From positions 13,541 through 77,540 of the IMG/VR virus record IMGVR_UViG_3300029305_004519: a stretch of 64,000 nt of DNA, one strand, 5' to 3'. Shown here piece by piece: positions 39,595-48,578 of the stretch. A model generated the notes under the pieces. That model had not been told where the DNA came from, ran no database searches, and saw only the letters and a list, made by a program, of their open reading frames with translations. Position 1 is the stretch's first letter, and every line of letters begins with the position of its first letter. The translations under genes and the position numbers were made by a program. Source of the stretch: a virus.

Positions 39595-40009
39595 CGTTGT
39601 CCATCTCCTTTGTTAACTCAATATAAGTGCCTTTAACCCCTTGGTTTTTAACTTGCGCAATACCAAATTTTTCCATTTTCGCCAACAATGAAGTCCAAAC
39701 AGGGCGCGATAGGTTTGTTTTTTGAATCATTTTTACAATTGAAAGATTACCAGATAGCCCAATTGTTTCTCTAATTGCTATAAAAGCATTTTTTTCATTA
39801 ACAGTTAATGATTTGTAAAAATCTTCTACTAAAACAAGCTGATCGGCGCCAATCACTGCTTCTAAAAAATTCATAAGGCGCCCAATATCACCATCTAATC
39901 TAAACTCACGAATATCTTCCTCGTAGTCATGAGCTATTGAGAGTAATTTTTCGTAACTAATCATTTCTTTACACATCCTTTTATTTATTCTATTAAAATT
40001 ATAAGACAT
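39578..40009 (-). CDS. Hypothetical protein
   Basis: 143-aa ORF. Confidence 0.35.
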   Translation of the reverse strand: MSYNFNRINKRMCKEMISYEKLLSIAHDYEEDIREFRLDGDIGRLMNFLEAVIGADQLVLVEDFYKSLTVNEKNAFIAIRETIGLSGNLSIVKMIQKTNLSRPVWTSLLAKMEKFGIAQVKNQGVKGTYIELTKEMDNDDLPT

Positions 40010-40121
40010 ATTTTTGAAAATTTCAATTAAAAATATCTAAAACCAACTTTGATTTTCAAAATACGAGCCTTTGCGCCCCGCGCAGACCAAAAAGAAAAAG
40101 CCACTCAAAAGAGTGACTAAA

Positions 40122-40197
40122 TGGAGGCGACACTCCGATTCGAACGGAGACCTCGTAGCTTTGCAGGCTCGCACCTTTGCCGTTTGGCTATGTCGCC
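40122..40197 (-). tRNA. tRNA-Cys(GCA)-like
   Basis: Acceptor GGCGACA/TGTCGCC, U73, CCA encoded, T-arm CTCCG-TTCGAAT-CGGAG, anticodon loop CUGCAAA. The anticodon stem is weak (3 bp). Confidence 0.5.
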
Positions 40198-40283
40198 ATA
40201 TCCAATTACCTCGCGCCACCGAACGGCGCGAGGTAAAAGCAGAAAGGAAGGTAGGAAAAATGTTGCCCAAAATTAAAAGGGGC

Positions 40284-40358
40284 TGGAGCAAGTAGCGAGA
40301 ATCGAACTCGCACCAAATGCTTGGAAGGCACTTATACTAGCCGTTATACGATACCTGC
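40284..40358 (-). tRNA. tRNA-Gly(UCC)
   Basis: Acceptor GCAGGTA/TACTTGC, U73, anticodon stem AGTGC/GCATT, loop CUUCCAA. Confidence 0.65.
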
Positions 40359-40443
40359 ATGGAGCTGAAGGTCCGATTCGAACGGACGCGGACTCTCGTC
40401 TCTCGCTTACAAGGCGAGTGCAATCGGCCACTATGCGACTTCA
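40359..40443 (-). tRNA. Class II tRNA (long variable arm). The canonical fold gives anticodon UGU, which is atypical.
   Basis: Acceptor GCTGAAG/CTTCAGC, U73, D-arm GCA/TGC with an 11-nt loop, anticodon stem CTCGC/GCGAG with loop CUUGUAA, a 14-nt variable arm, T-arm GTCCG-TTCGAAT-CGGAC. Directly abuts tRNA-Gly. Confidence 0.45.
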
Positions 40444-41228
40444 GCATATTAAGTTTTCAATAATCGCATAAGAAAATATATAATCACTTTAACGAGCCTT
40501 CACTCTACATCGTTTCTGAAGTGCGTTATTAACATATGTTCACGGGAGGCTGAGCAATGGGTAGCGATCCCACGCTTCTCCAATGGTTCTCTCTATCTTG
40601 CCCCGATAGGAAAGCAAGTAAATTAAACTACCACACCCTCGATCAATACTAAGGGAACTTTCACCGAGCTTCAGCATTAATTCTAAAATACCTGTTTTCA
40701 TCAAATTTGAAGCTATCTTTTATGCCCGATACGGCTACTCGCACCAGCCAAATCTGTTATAGTTTGTTACCAAACATCAACGGGAACGCTTATTTTTGAG
40801 ATACCTAGTTGATTATTCGCTTCATAACGGTTTCTCACGCCGCCAACTTTAGGTGGTATGCATCACTGCAGGGACTCTTCTCGCGCCAGATTCCTGACTG
40901 TTGTTTACGCTAAATCATCAATATGCACCATTATCCGCAACCTTTGTCAGGCATACTCGTTTATTCAGTATATTCACGAGTTTTATTTACTTTAGAGCAG
41001 TATCCCACTCTGTTTCTTTCCCCGCGGATCTGTCCTAGCCATCATGCAAGATGTCTGCACTAGGATGTTAAAGGTTTATATATTTTCTTATGCAATTATC
41101 AATGAACTTTTTTCTTTTGATTACTTAATCATTATATCATAAATTTTTTAAGTTTTCAAGAGAGAGGTGAGGCTTTAGGTCAGCCGACCGCACATCTGTT
41201 GATTGCTGGAACTTTTGCTCTTCCAAAA

Positions 41229-41305
41229 TGGTGCTTCAAATAGGATTCGAACCTATACTACCGAAGGTTTGAGCTTCGCGCCTCTGCCAATTGGGCTATT
41301 AAAGC
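41229..41305 (-). tRNA. tRNA-Leu(CAA)-like with a short (5-nt) variable arm
   Basis: Acceptor GCTTTAA/TTGAAGC, A73, Leu-type D-arm GCC-CAATTGGCAGA-GGC, anticodon stem CGAAG/CTTCG with loop CUCAAAC, variable GTAGT. Confidence 0.5.
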
Positions 41306-41861
41306 ATACTAAATAAATACTACTACCTATTTTCATTATACTTTCTGGCTTAGAACTCTTTGCTCTACCAGAACCACTCCTCTTCCCTTCGCGACCAGCT
41401 TTAAGTATGCATGAAATAAAGGCTGGCAGGTACTAGGCATTATCAATGCCGTTCGCTTGCTTTTTACACGGATTAACGCCTCAAACTAATCATAGGCTTT
41501 CGTATTTATTTGTACCGAATATGCTTGTGTTTGGAAAAGAGAAGCTCTCTTTTCTCGCTTGGATCGTTACTCACTACAGATATTGTGTAACACTTAGCAT
41601 ACCGTATCGTTAATCTTTCCAAGTTCATTCAATATATGGCTAGCGCTGTATCGCTTTTTGATTTATCGCATCGTGGGCCTCGCCGCGTCATCTTTTAACA
41701 GCGATGAATCTGTCGAATTTGATACGCGGATTTCGCCCGCGCCATTGACTTTATTGAAGGGTATTCGCGGTAATGGATCGCGTTTCTTGCTTTAACGCAT
41801 CAAGACTGCGGAGGTTATCTTTTCAACCGCCCTATCCCAGTTGAGTAATGAGATCAAGATA

Positions 41862-41944
41862 ACAGATCTATTGGTGTTGATTCTGGGACTCGAACCCAGA
41901 CCCTTTCGGACTAGTTCCTAAGACTAGCGCGGCTGCCAGTTACG
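41862..41944 (-). tRNA. tRNA-Leu(UAG)
   Basis: Acceptor GTTGGTT/AATCAAC, A73, anticodon stem CTAGT/ACTAG with loop CUUAGGA, long variable arm, T-arm CTGGG-TTCGAGT-CCCAG. Confidence 0.65.
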
Positions 41945-42038
41945 CCAAACCAACATTCCAGAGGCTATTGTTTTAGCGGTAATAGCCTAAACCCGCACAA
42001 AGAAGGGAGGAAAAATTGTGAAAATCAAAACGGTTCAT

Positions 42039-42114
42039 GGTGGAGAATATCGGCTATGATCCGATCACCTTCCGCTTGCAGGGCGGATGCTCTTCCAAAT
42101 GAGCTAATTCCCCA
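42039..42114 (-). tRNA. tRNA-Ala(UGC)
   Basis: Acceptor GGGGAAT/ATTCTCC with a G3·U70 pair, A73, anticodon stem TCCGC/GCGGA with loop CCUGCAA. The T-loop is atypical. Confidence 0.55.
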
Positions 42115-42248
42115 TTTTGCACTTTACTTTGCCTCTTTATATCCCGTTTGTCACAAGCCACATACTATGAAGTGGTAGTTTAAGTGCGAAATCCATGCTA
42201 ACGGATAAGAGTGCGGCTATATAGTCTAACTTAATAGACACCGACTCA

Positions 42249-42325
42249 TGGCTGGGGAGGTGGGGCACGATCCCACGACCTACGGTTTAACAGACCGTCG
42301 CTACTACCAACTGAGCTACACCCCA
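42249..42325 (-). tRNA. tRNA-Asn(GUU)
   Basis: Anticodon stem ACGGT/ACCGT with loop CUGUUAA, G73, D-arm GCTC-AGTTGGTAG-TAGC. One acceptor mismatch and an atypical T-loop. Confidence 0.55.
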
Positions 42326-42330
42326 ATCAA

Positions 42331-42408
42331 TGGCTGGGCAGGTTGGACTCGAACCAACGAAATGCAGGAGTCAAAGTCCTGTGCCGTAACCAACTTGGCT
42401 ACTGCCCA
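42331..42408 (-). tRNA. tRNA-Gln(UUG)
   Basis: Acceptor TGGGCAG/CTGCCCA (U1-A72), G73, anticodon stem CAGGA/TCCTG with loop CUUUGAC, T-arm GTTGG-TTCGAGT-CCAAC. Confidence 0.7.
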
Positions 42409-42498
42409 ATATATGATTAGCGACCTCTTTCGAGCAATTTTGAATCGAGAATTTGTTGATGGAAGCGGTCAAATAAGCCGCTTATATTGCATCGCCTT

Positions 42499-42545
42499 TA
42501 TCTTACATATATATTATATCATAAATTTTTTATTTTTTCAACGAA
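42499..42545 (-). promoter_or_regulatory. Conserved phage promoter (middle/late class) driving the tRNA sub-cluster
   Basis: Plus-strand atatatattatatcataaattttttattttttcaa. Confidence 0.55.
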
Positions 42546-42571
42546 TTATCCTTACGCTACCTTTTTATTTA

Positions 42572-42658
42572 TGGTGAGCGTGGCGGGAATCGAACCCGCG
42601 ATGGACATAATGTCGAGGGATTAAAAGTCCCTTGTACTCGCCGCTGTACTACACGCTC
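42572..42658 (-). tRNA. Class II tRNA (long variable arm). The canonical fold gives anticodon UUU, which is atypical.
   Basis: Acceptor GAGCGTG/CACGCTC, A73, D-arm GTAC-AGCGGCGA-GTAC, anticodon stem AGGGA/TCCCT with loop CUUUUAA, a 16-nt variable arm, T-arm GCGGG-TTCGATT-CCCGC. Confidence 0.45.
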
Positions 42659-42828
42659 ATATCAAGCGATTCGCGGCAGATAAAATTATTTTTGCATTGC
42701 TCTTAACTGCCGCTCCAACTTACGGATAATTCTTCCGTTGTCGCGTTTTCGGCTCTTAAGCAGATCAATGCGCGCTTGAAGCGCTTCTACAGTTCTCATT
42801 ATTTTTATTTCCTTTCTTTTGATTACAT

Positions 42829-42868
42829 ATATATTTTATCATAAATTTTTAATAAAATCAATGATAAA
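42829..42868 (-). promoter_or_regulatory. Conserved phage promoter (middle/late class)
   Basis: Plus-strand atatattttatcataaatttttaataaaatcaa. Confidence 0.55.
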
Positions 42869-43002
42869 TCTTAAAGCTGCCTTTCATCTAATGGTGGTTA
42901 GATGATAAGGACTGCTCGCACAGCGTTTATTATTGGCTACGCTTAAACCCATACTTAGGCTTGCGCCGCAGACAGTTTTGATTTAGCTACTGACAAACTT
43001 AT

Positions 43003-43078
43003 GGTGCGGCTTGTAGGACTCGAACCTACGGTCTTCTGGATGTAAGCCAGATGCTTTAACCAACTAAGCTAAACCCGC
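43003..43078 (-). tRNA. tRNA-Val(UAC)
   Basis: Anticodon stem TCTGG/CCAGA with loop CUUACAU, A73, T-arm GTAGG-TTCGAGT-CCTAC. One acceptor mismatch. Confidence 0.6.
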
Positions 43079-43193
43079 AAGAAAGAGAGGGGAGAATTTT
43101 TATACCCAGCAAGAGATAACTCTCCAAACTCAGAGTTTTACGAGGCGCCCGTCGATACTCGCTGGCAGCATCAAGGCGCAGATTAAATCATAT

Positions 43194-43270
43194 TGGTCTG
43201 AATGAAGGGACTCGAACCCCCAGCCTCTAGATCCCAAATCTAGAGCTCTGCCAAATTGAGCTACATCCAG
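43194..43270 (-). tRNA. tRNA-Pro(UGG)
   Basis: Acceptor CTGGATG/CATTCAG (C1-G72), A73, anticodon stem CTAGA/TCTAG with loop UUUGGGA. Confidence 0.65.
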
Positions 43271-43980
43271 ATGTGGTTCCATAAGGTCGGAAACCTCGCC
43301 GCACATTTTTCACCTACTAGCAGGGTCGCCATTTGCTCAATGCGATTATAAGAGCTTTTAAGCGCTTTCACGCGGAGGCTCTTACTTTATATTCCAGCTT
43401 TTGGATGCGGGAAGCTGGACCCGCGCCATTCATAGGGTTCGCGGATAAACCATCACCTACTACTAAGCCACATCATAACTTGCCCACTTCATCTTGGAGG
43501 AGCGACTCCAGCGGATATTTGGCCCACCGCTGCCTGTGTCTTGAGACTCAACACTATTACCTGTGTTTTTATATAGCGTTTTCAGCTTCGCTTTCTACTC
43601 GCTCTGTTGATAGGGGGAGGATCGAAGGGACTCCTCCCAGAGGTCATTATAGAAAAGAACCGTAGCGGAAATCTATTGGCGGTTCAATTTGTCTGCTTTA
43701 TCCGCAATTGAGAGGGAAACGGACTAAATGCTCTCGCAGGGGTTAAGGTACCCTGTTTTTGTAAGACATTACTCGAGTTATTCTTACCACAACTTCCGAC
43801 TTTACCTAATAGGCTGGTTTTCGCATTATCCATTTACCACAGTTTTCCTCCATTCATACTTGACTTCCGGCTTCGTGGCACCTATTATCTTTCCCGTTGC
43901 TCACGGATACGGGACCCCGGACGCTCTGCGTATTACCGCACAGGTTAGTCTCCTGACCAATGATTAGGCATTGGCACCTC

Positions 43981-44146
43981 TGGTGGAATGGGTAGGAGTT
44001 GAACCTACTTTGTCGCGACACACCGTGGCTTTACCGATTGCTTACCACCCCATAAATTGTGAGCGTTTATGCTTGGTAGCTCACTCCACTTCTGACCACT
44101 GGTCTTACACTCCCAGAGCGTGAAGATTTCAATACGGTTCTTCAAC
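43981..44146 (-). ncRNA. tRNA-like 3' domain (T-arm, G3·U70 acceptor, ACCA) without D and anticodon arms. Could be a tmRNA-like or other structured RNA.
   Basis: Minus strand ends ...GTAGG-TTCAACT-CCTAC-CCATTCC-A-CCA. Candidate 5' partner strands GGGGTGG (about 40 nt upstream) or GGAATGG (about 160 nt upstream). The interior has a perfect palindrome, GTGTCGCGACAC, not an anticodon arm. Confidence 0.3.
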
Positions 44147-44287
44147 CATTCCGCAGTATGCCGTTGGCTAACGATGACATACGATTCGTATCAGACTGTA
44201 GTACTCCAGCTTTTCACCTACGGCGTCTGATAATCGCCTTTTGTTAGTTTAGGGTTAATGCCGCGACGAACTAACAAAACTCGGCAT

Positions 44288-44363
44288 TGGCGACTCTGAG
44301 GCATTCCGACAGCCCGACCTTCGCAGTGACAGTGCGATGCTCTACCCCCTGAGCTACAGAGCC
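44288..44363 (-). tRNA. tRNA-Asp(GUC)
   Basis: Acceptor GGCTCTG/CAGAGTC, G73, D-arm GCTC-AGGGGGTA-GAGC, anticodon stem TCGCA/TGCGA with loop CUGUCAC. T-arm is irregular. Confidence 0.5.
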
Positions 44364-44524
44364 AAATATTAAAATAAAAGACTGGCTCAGTATGGATATT
44401 TCACCATAAGAAAAGTTTCCTGATTTAAGACTGACTAACTTGATGCCTGTTGATACGCGTTTATCTGAACAGGTCTTATTCGTTAAAATCCAGTCACCAA
44501 ATGTTGCTTTTTTTCTTTCTTTAT

Positions 44525-44570
44525 CTTTTGTATATATATTATAACAAAATTTTTATTAAAAATCAATTAA
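44525..44570 (-). promoter_or_regulatory. Conserved phage promoter (middle/late class)
   Basis: Plus-strand atatatattataacaaaatttttattaaaaatcaa. Confidence 0.55.
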
Positions 44571-44600
44571 GAATGCTTTATCCAGCTTCAATGAAAGATC

Positions 44601-44790
44601 TTATCTAGATTTTTCAACGGGCCAATCAAGAATCTTTCGACCATCTTGGCGCTTCATATAGCTAATTTTATTACACGCTTTGCAACGAAGACGCTTTCTA
44701 GTTCCAAAATGTGGAGTCCAAAACCACTTCCAAAAGTCTGTGATTTCATTTGTCTCTTTACAATGCTTACAAGTATATCTTACTTTCATA
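44601..44790 (-). CDS. Small zinc-ribbon protein inside the tRNA island
   Basis: MKVRYTCKHCKETNE...RLRCKACNK. RBS AGGAGG. The longer ORF-track version reads through the His tRNA. Confidence 0.45.
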
Positions 44791-44809
44791 ATAAACCTCC
44801 TAAAGTTTA

Positions 44810-44886
44810 TGGGGAGAAAGGTGGGGCTCGAACCCACAACATCTGGACTCACATTCCAGTGCTCTGCCAATTGCGCTACTAACTCC
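44810..44886 (-). tRNA. tRNA-His(GUG)
   Basis: Anticodon stem CTGGA/TCCAG with loop AUGUGAG, C73 with an extra 5' G(-1), T-arm GTGGG-TTCGAGC-CCCAC. The acceptor has two U·U mismatches. Confidence 0.5.
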
Positions 44887-44970
44887 AAGTATACACCCCC
44901 AACCTTGTGTCCCATTACAGTTGGCAAGAGGATTTTCCGTGATAGTGCATGATCTCAAAGGGACGCGCTC

Positions 44971-45047
44971 TGGTGGGAAGAATTGGAGTCGAACCAACAC
45001 ACTCTGGTTTTTCAGACCAGCGCTTAGACCGCTTAAGCTATCTTCCC
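44971..45047 (-). tRNA. tRNA-Phe(GAA)
   Basis: Acceptor GGGAAGA/TCTTCCC, A73, anticodon stem CTGGT/ACCAG with loop CUGAAAA. Confidence 0.7.
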
Positions 45048-45303
45048 ATATTCGAAGTGGGGAACTGGATTTTGATCGAGAGATATCCCCTTCGCATCTT
45101 GTACTGTTTGTGGTTGATTGACACATAGTACATTCCTGTAAACTCTATCCGACTTACACGGAGCCTTCTTTATCGCGTTTCGAACCACTTAGAAAGGCAT
45201 ATTTCTCAACACGCGTGGAATCTTCTGCATCCCCTTACCATGGGTGTACCTCCTCTTATTTTAAGACGGGTAGGGAGGCCGCGTCATACAAGAGCCTTTC
45301 GGC

Positions 45304-45379
45304 TGGAGCGATATACGAGACTTGAACTCGTTGCCTTCTGCATGGCAAGCAGACGCTCTACCAAATGAGCTAATACCGC
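45304..45379 (-). tRNA. tRNA-Gly(GCC)
   Basis: Acceptor GCGGTAT/ATATCGC, U73, D-arm GCTC-ATTTGGTA-GAGC, anticodon stem TCTGC/GCAGA with loop UUGCCAU. Confidence 0.7.
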
Positions 45380-45755
45380 ATTAAGGGAGAAGGTCCCGAT
45401 CTCCCACGGGGAATGAATTTCACATTATCACTCACAACGCCAATAGTCAATAACTGGCTTTCTATTGACAAAGCCCTCATTTGCGCCGTGCACTGCGCTT
45501 CGTCTTTAGCACTGGACACAAGCCTACAGTTCCTAAAGGTTATCAAATATACACACGGTAATGAGTTACCGTTTGCTACTTTTTTAGAGCATTTTCGCGC
45601 TCATGGCTTATCGATGGTAGCTAACCAATATCACGGCAAGGTCATGACTCCTTGCGACAAATTTCAAAGCTCGCGATGAGTGTTTTAGCCTCATATCAAA
45701 CTACGCTCTTAGGCGGAGGGCATCGAACCCCCTTCTCTCTTAACTTTGAAATTTT

Positions 45756-45830
45756 GGTGTGGACTCTAGGGATCGAACCTAGGACAACGCGATTATCAGT
45801 CGCGTCCTCTTCCAACTGAGGTAAGCCCAC
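45756..45830 (-). tRNA. tRNA-Ile(GAU)
   Basis: Anticodon stem CGCGA/TCGCG with loop CUGAUAA, A73, T-arm CTAGG-TTCGATC-CCTAG. Confidence 0.65.
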
Positions 45831-45961
45831 ATATTAAAAATGGAAACTTCAAGTGGGTCGGCGTATCCTCTATCCAACTTTTCCGCGCTGTCGACTCGGC
45901 GCTTCACCGTGCTACTTTTTATCCGCGTCCAGACCTGCTCCTTACAGGTGTTTCCTATGTA

Positions 45962-46056
45962 TGGCGGAGGAGGTAGGATTCGAACCCACGGGTCAGATCA
46001 AAGCTGACACAACAGATTTCAAGTCTGTGCGCTTATGTCCTCTTGCGCACTCCTCC
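45962..46056 (-). tRNA. tRNA-Ser(UGA)
   Basis: Acceptor GGAGGAG/CTCCTCC, G73, anticodon stem ACAGA/TCTGT with loop CUUGAAA, long variable arm. 95 nt. Confidence 0.7.
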
Positions 46057-46455
46057 ATAATGCACAGATTCTCGTACTGTGCGCAGTCCCATATGGCGCC
46101 TTGAAAAGACTGCACGAGGAATGTTTATACAGGCACATTCACTCAAACCTAACCTAGACTTCTCAATAAGGTCACACTGTGTGCTTTCTCTACTACGGCG
46201 GTTCGCACGCTTTAATGTCTCGCACAAAAGACAGCTGGCAGAGAGCGCAGGTCCCGACCCTGAGCGGATAACCGCCACATCCCTTAGCAGGGGAGTGCCG
46301 CGCCTTGCGACTTCACTCTCTATAATGTGTGTTCCACTTGCGTTTTCTCTTCTTCATCGGTTTACACACAACCTACCACTTGAAGCGCCACTAATTTATA
46401 TACCGAGTCTGGCTTTCGTCGGTGAATTACACTAATTGTGTTACTTTGCGCTGGT

Positions 46456-46613
46456 GCTACCCCCGGGACTCGAACCCGGACGCCTCTAACGAGACACTGG
46501 ATTTTTGGTGCCTGAAATGAGATTTGAACTCATAATCTGAAGCTAGGTCGCCCCAGAGTTTTCCGTTTGAGCTTATTCAAGCAAGTCCAGGGCGTCTGCC
46601 ATTCCGCCACGGT
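46456..46613 (-). ncRNA. Composite tRNA-like element: a class II tRNA interrupted in its anticodon loop by an ~85-nt insert that itself ends in a tRNA-like T-arm, acceptor and CCA
   Basis: 5' half GCTACCG..CTGGA-CUUGC..., then ...GAGTTCAAATCTCATTTCAGGCACCA, then AAAATCCAG plus variable arm GTCTC-GTTA-GAGGC, then CCGGG-TTCGAGT-CCCGG-GGGTAGC-A-CCA. Confidence 0.35.
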
Positions 46614-46626
46614 AGCATAATGCGTC

Positions 46627-46986
46627 TTACCAAGGACGCACAAAACTATACAGTTTCAATATTGGGCAACCAAGTTGCTCATAAAACTCCTCTCCAAAGA
46701 ATTGGTTAAAAGCGTAAGGAATTTCATATTCTTGATTTTTAAGCCAGCCTTTAACTTCAGTAGGATCAAGTTCGATTTCATCATCAAGTCTTACTCCAAA
46801 ATACACAAAATCTGGATCAGAATATCCATTATCAGTAATGAAATATAAATCTGGAAACTGTTCATCAAGAATATCACCCAATTCCCAAAATTCTCTTCCT
46901 GTTGCCCGAAACATAGCCGCATAATTTTCATTTGTTAAAGGAATTTGAAATCCATAAATTAAAACTGAACTATAATCAACACTCAT
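46627..46986 (-). CDS. Hypothetical protein
   Basis: 119-aa ORF, RBS present, conserved promoter upstream at about 47005-47050. Confidence 0.4.
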   Translation of the reverse strand: MSVDYSSVLIYGFQIPLTNENYAAMFRATGREFWELGDILDEQFPDLYFITDNGYSDPDFVYFGVRLDDEIELDPTEVKGWLKNQEYEIPYAFNQFFGEEFYEQLGCPILKLYSFVRPW

Positions 46987-47080
46987 TTTTATTTCCTCTT
47001 TCCTTTTGATTACATATATATTTTATCATATTTTTTAATAAAAATCAATAAAGTATATGCAATTTAAAGTTATTGATAAA

Positions 47081-47167
47081 TGGTGGGAAGGGTGGGAATT
47101 GAACCCACTGAGACCGAAGCCAACGGTGTTACAGACCGCCCCAACTCTCCTACTTTGGCGCCCGCCC
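47081..47167 (-). tRNA. tRNA-Tyr(GUA)
   Basis: Acceptor GGGCGGG/CCTTCCC (one mismatch, one GU), A73, anticodon stem GCGGT/ACCGT with loop CUGUAAC, long variable arm, T-arm GTGGG-TTCAATT-CCCAC. Confidence 0.55.
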
Positions 47168-47253
47168 ATATTAAAATGACTTTAAGTCAGTCAACTGCAC
47201 ATCCATTTAGCCTCCCACATTTGCTCTCGGAGGGTAAATAATATGGATAATAC

Positions 47254-47342
47254 TGGAGCGAAAGGCGAGATTCGAACTCGCGATAGTGGAGTATTAAAAC
47301 CCGTCCCTATAACGGGCGCCTTTACCTCTAGGCTACTTTCGC
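47254..47342 (-). tRNA. Class II tRNA with an ambiguous anticodon loop (UAUAGGG; possibly UAG)
   Basis: Acceptor GCGAAAG/CTTTCGC, U73, T-arm GCGAG-TTCGAAT-CTCGC, anticodon stem CCCGT/ACGGG, long variable region. Confidence 0.4.
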
Positions 47343-47345
47343 ATA

Positions 47346-47417
47346 TGGTGCCAGAATCTGGAGTCAAACCAAACACTCAAGGTGTATGAAACCTCAATGC
47401 GCATCGGCGCTTCTGGC
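47346..47417 (-). tRNA. tRNA-Met(CAU) (elongator type or Ile2-type)
   Basis: Acceptor GCCAGAA/TTCTGGC (G1-C72), A73, anticodon stem GAGGT/ACCTT with loop UUCAUAC. Short D-arm. Confidence 0.5.
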
Positions 47418-47849
47418 ATAAAGAGGAAGTAAGAGAGACCAATCTCTTGTTTGTTTTGGTACAACATATCCTCATTCAAAACCTGCAGTCTGGTTCACTG
47501 CACGAACACTGGCTTCTTTAACGGCTACCAGCCCGACGACATGAGGGATGGGGCATCATGTATACCCATAGTATTTTTGGTCTGACCTCAACTACTCTTG
47601 GTCTGGATGCGGATCCGCAGACTCGAACTGGGCAACCTGAGCTTATGAGGCTCTGGCGGGCACCTTGCCCATCCGCAATGTAAGTGAGAGTTTCCAGCAC
47701 CCTCGTAGCTTTATCCCAACTTCCCTTTAAGCACAGCCAAGTTGGCACTGTGCGCCTTATCATTTTATACGAGTGTAAGGTAACACATACGGGCGCCTTT
47801 CCGCGGATCCCAAGCGGCGCATCTAATTCACAAAGGCTTGGCATTACAT

Positions 47850-47927
47850 TGGTGACGCTAGGGGGATTTGAACCCACCGAATACCACCGTGAAAGGGTGG
47901 TGACTTAGACCGCTTGTCAATAGCGCC
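47850..47927 (-). tRNA. tRNA-Glu(UUC)
   Basis: Anticodon stem CCACC/GGTGG with loop CUUUCAC, A73, T-loop TTCAAAT. Confidence 0.55.
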
Positions 47928-48195
47928 GTCGACCCTGAGGATTCTCTACAAGCCCCTCAGGTAGCTCTCGTGTTTTTCGTACTGTTCCGAGCAACGCTCT
48001 TTTATCATGCTTCCTCGCAACCGCTAAGAGTAAACGCGCTGCGCCATTCATCATCAAATAATCTCCGCGCCTCACTCCATTGGGCGCGCAGCTGTAAACG
48101 GTCACTCCACCAACCGTTAATTTTAGAGTGGGTTTTTTCTATTAATTCGCGTCATACCCACTAACGCTTATAGAGAGGGACTTAACGGACTCGAA

Positions 48196-48268
48196 CCGTT
48201 GCCATCATATTTAAAAATTATGAGCTCTACCATCTGAGCTAAGGTCCCAGAATCGGAGTATTATAATC
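48196..48268 (-). tRNA. tRNA-Lys(UUU), no encoded CCA
   Basis: Acceptor GGGACCT/AAGTCCC, D-arm GCTC-AGATGGTA-GAGC, anticodon stem CATAA/ATATG with loop UUUUUAA, T-arm AACGG-TTCGAGT-CCGTT. Confidence 0.6.
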
Positions 48269-48578
48269 GCCCTCCGAGGCGCGTTGATCAACTGCCAATT
48301 CCGCTCGTTACACCGCTGAGTCTCTGGCATCTCTCACCGCGTTCAATCTGTTTGGTTTTTTAACTCTCTACGAACAGAGACTCTGAGTGATTGAAACCTC
48401 TTTTGTCTGAAACGGAAAGTTTCTCCAAACTTACAAGGATAAGTTTCAATATCGGCTAAAACTTATAAAGAACGCCCTTCACTAGGGTAGTACAGCCTTG
48501 GGCTCATGAACCCTTAGCCGCATTCCAAGTAGTTGGTGCCCCGGCTGGCAACCTATGGGGACTACGGCTCCCATAATT

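Noticed and set aside
43333-48105. ORF-track ORFs inside the tRNA island: 43333-43665(+), 43728-43967(+), 44646-44882(+), 44680-44952(+), 44800-45126(-), 45413-45679(+), 45853-46104(+), 46033-46278(-), 46079-46435(+), 47518-47877(-), 47684-47908(+), 47917-48105(-)
   Set aside because: They overlap or run antisense to hand-folded tRNAs, or lie in GC-rich non-coding blocks. They lack RBSs and the phage's promoter motif, and their composition is atypical, so they are most likely chance ORFs.
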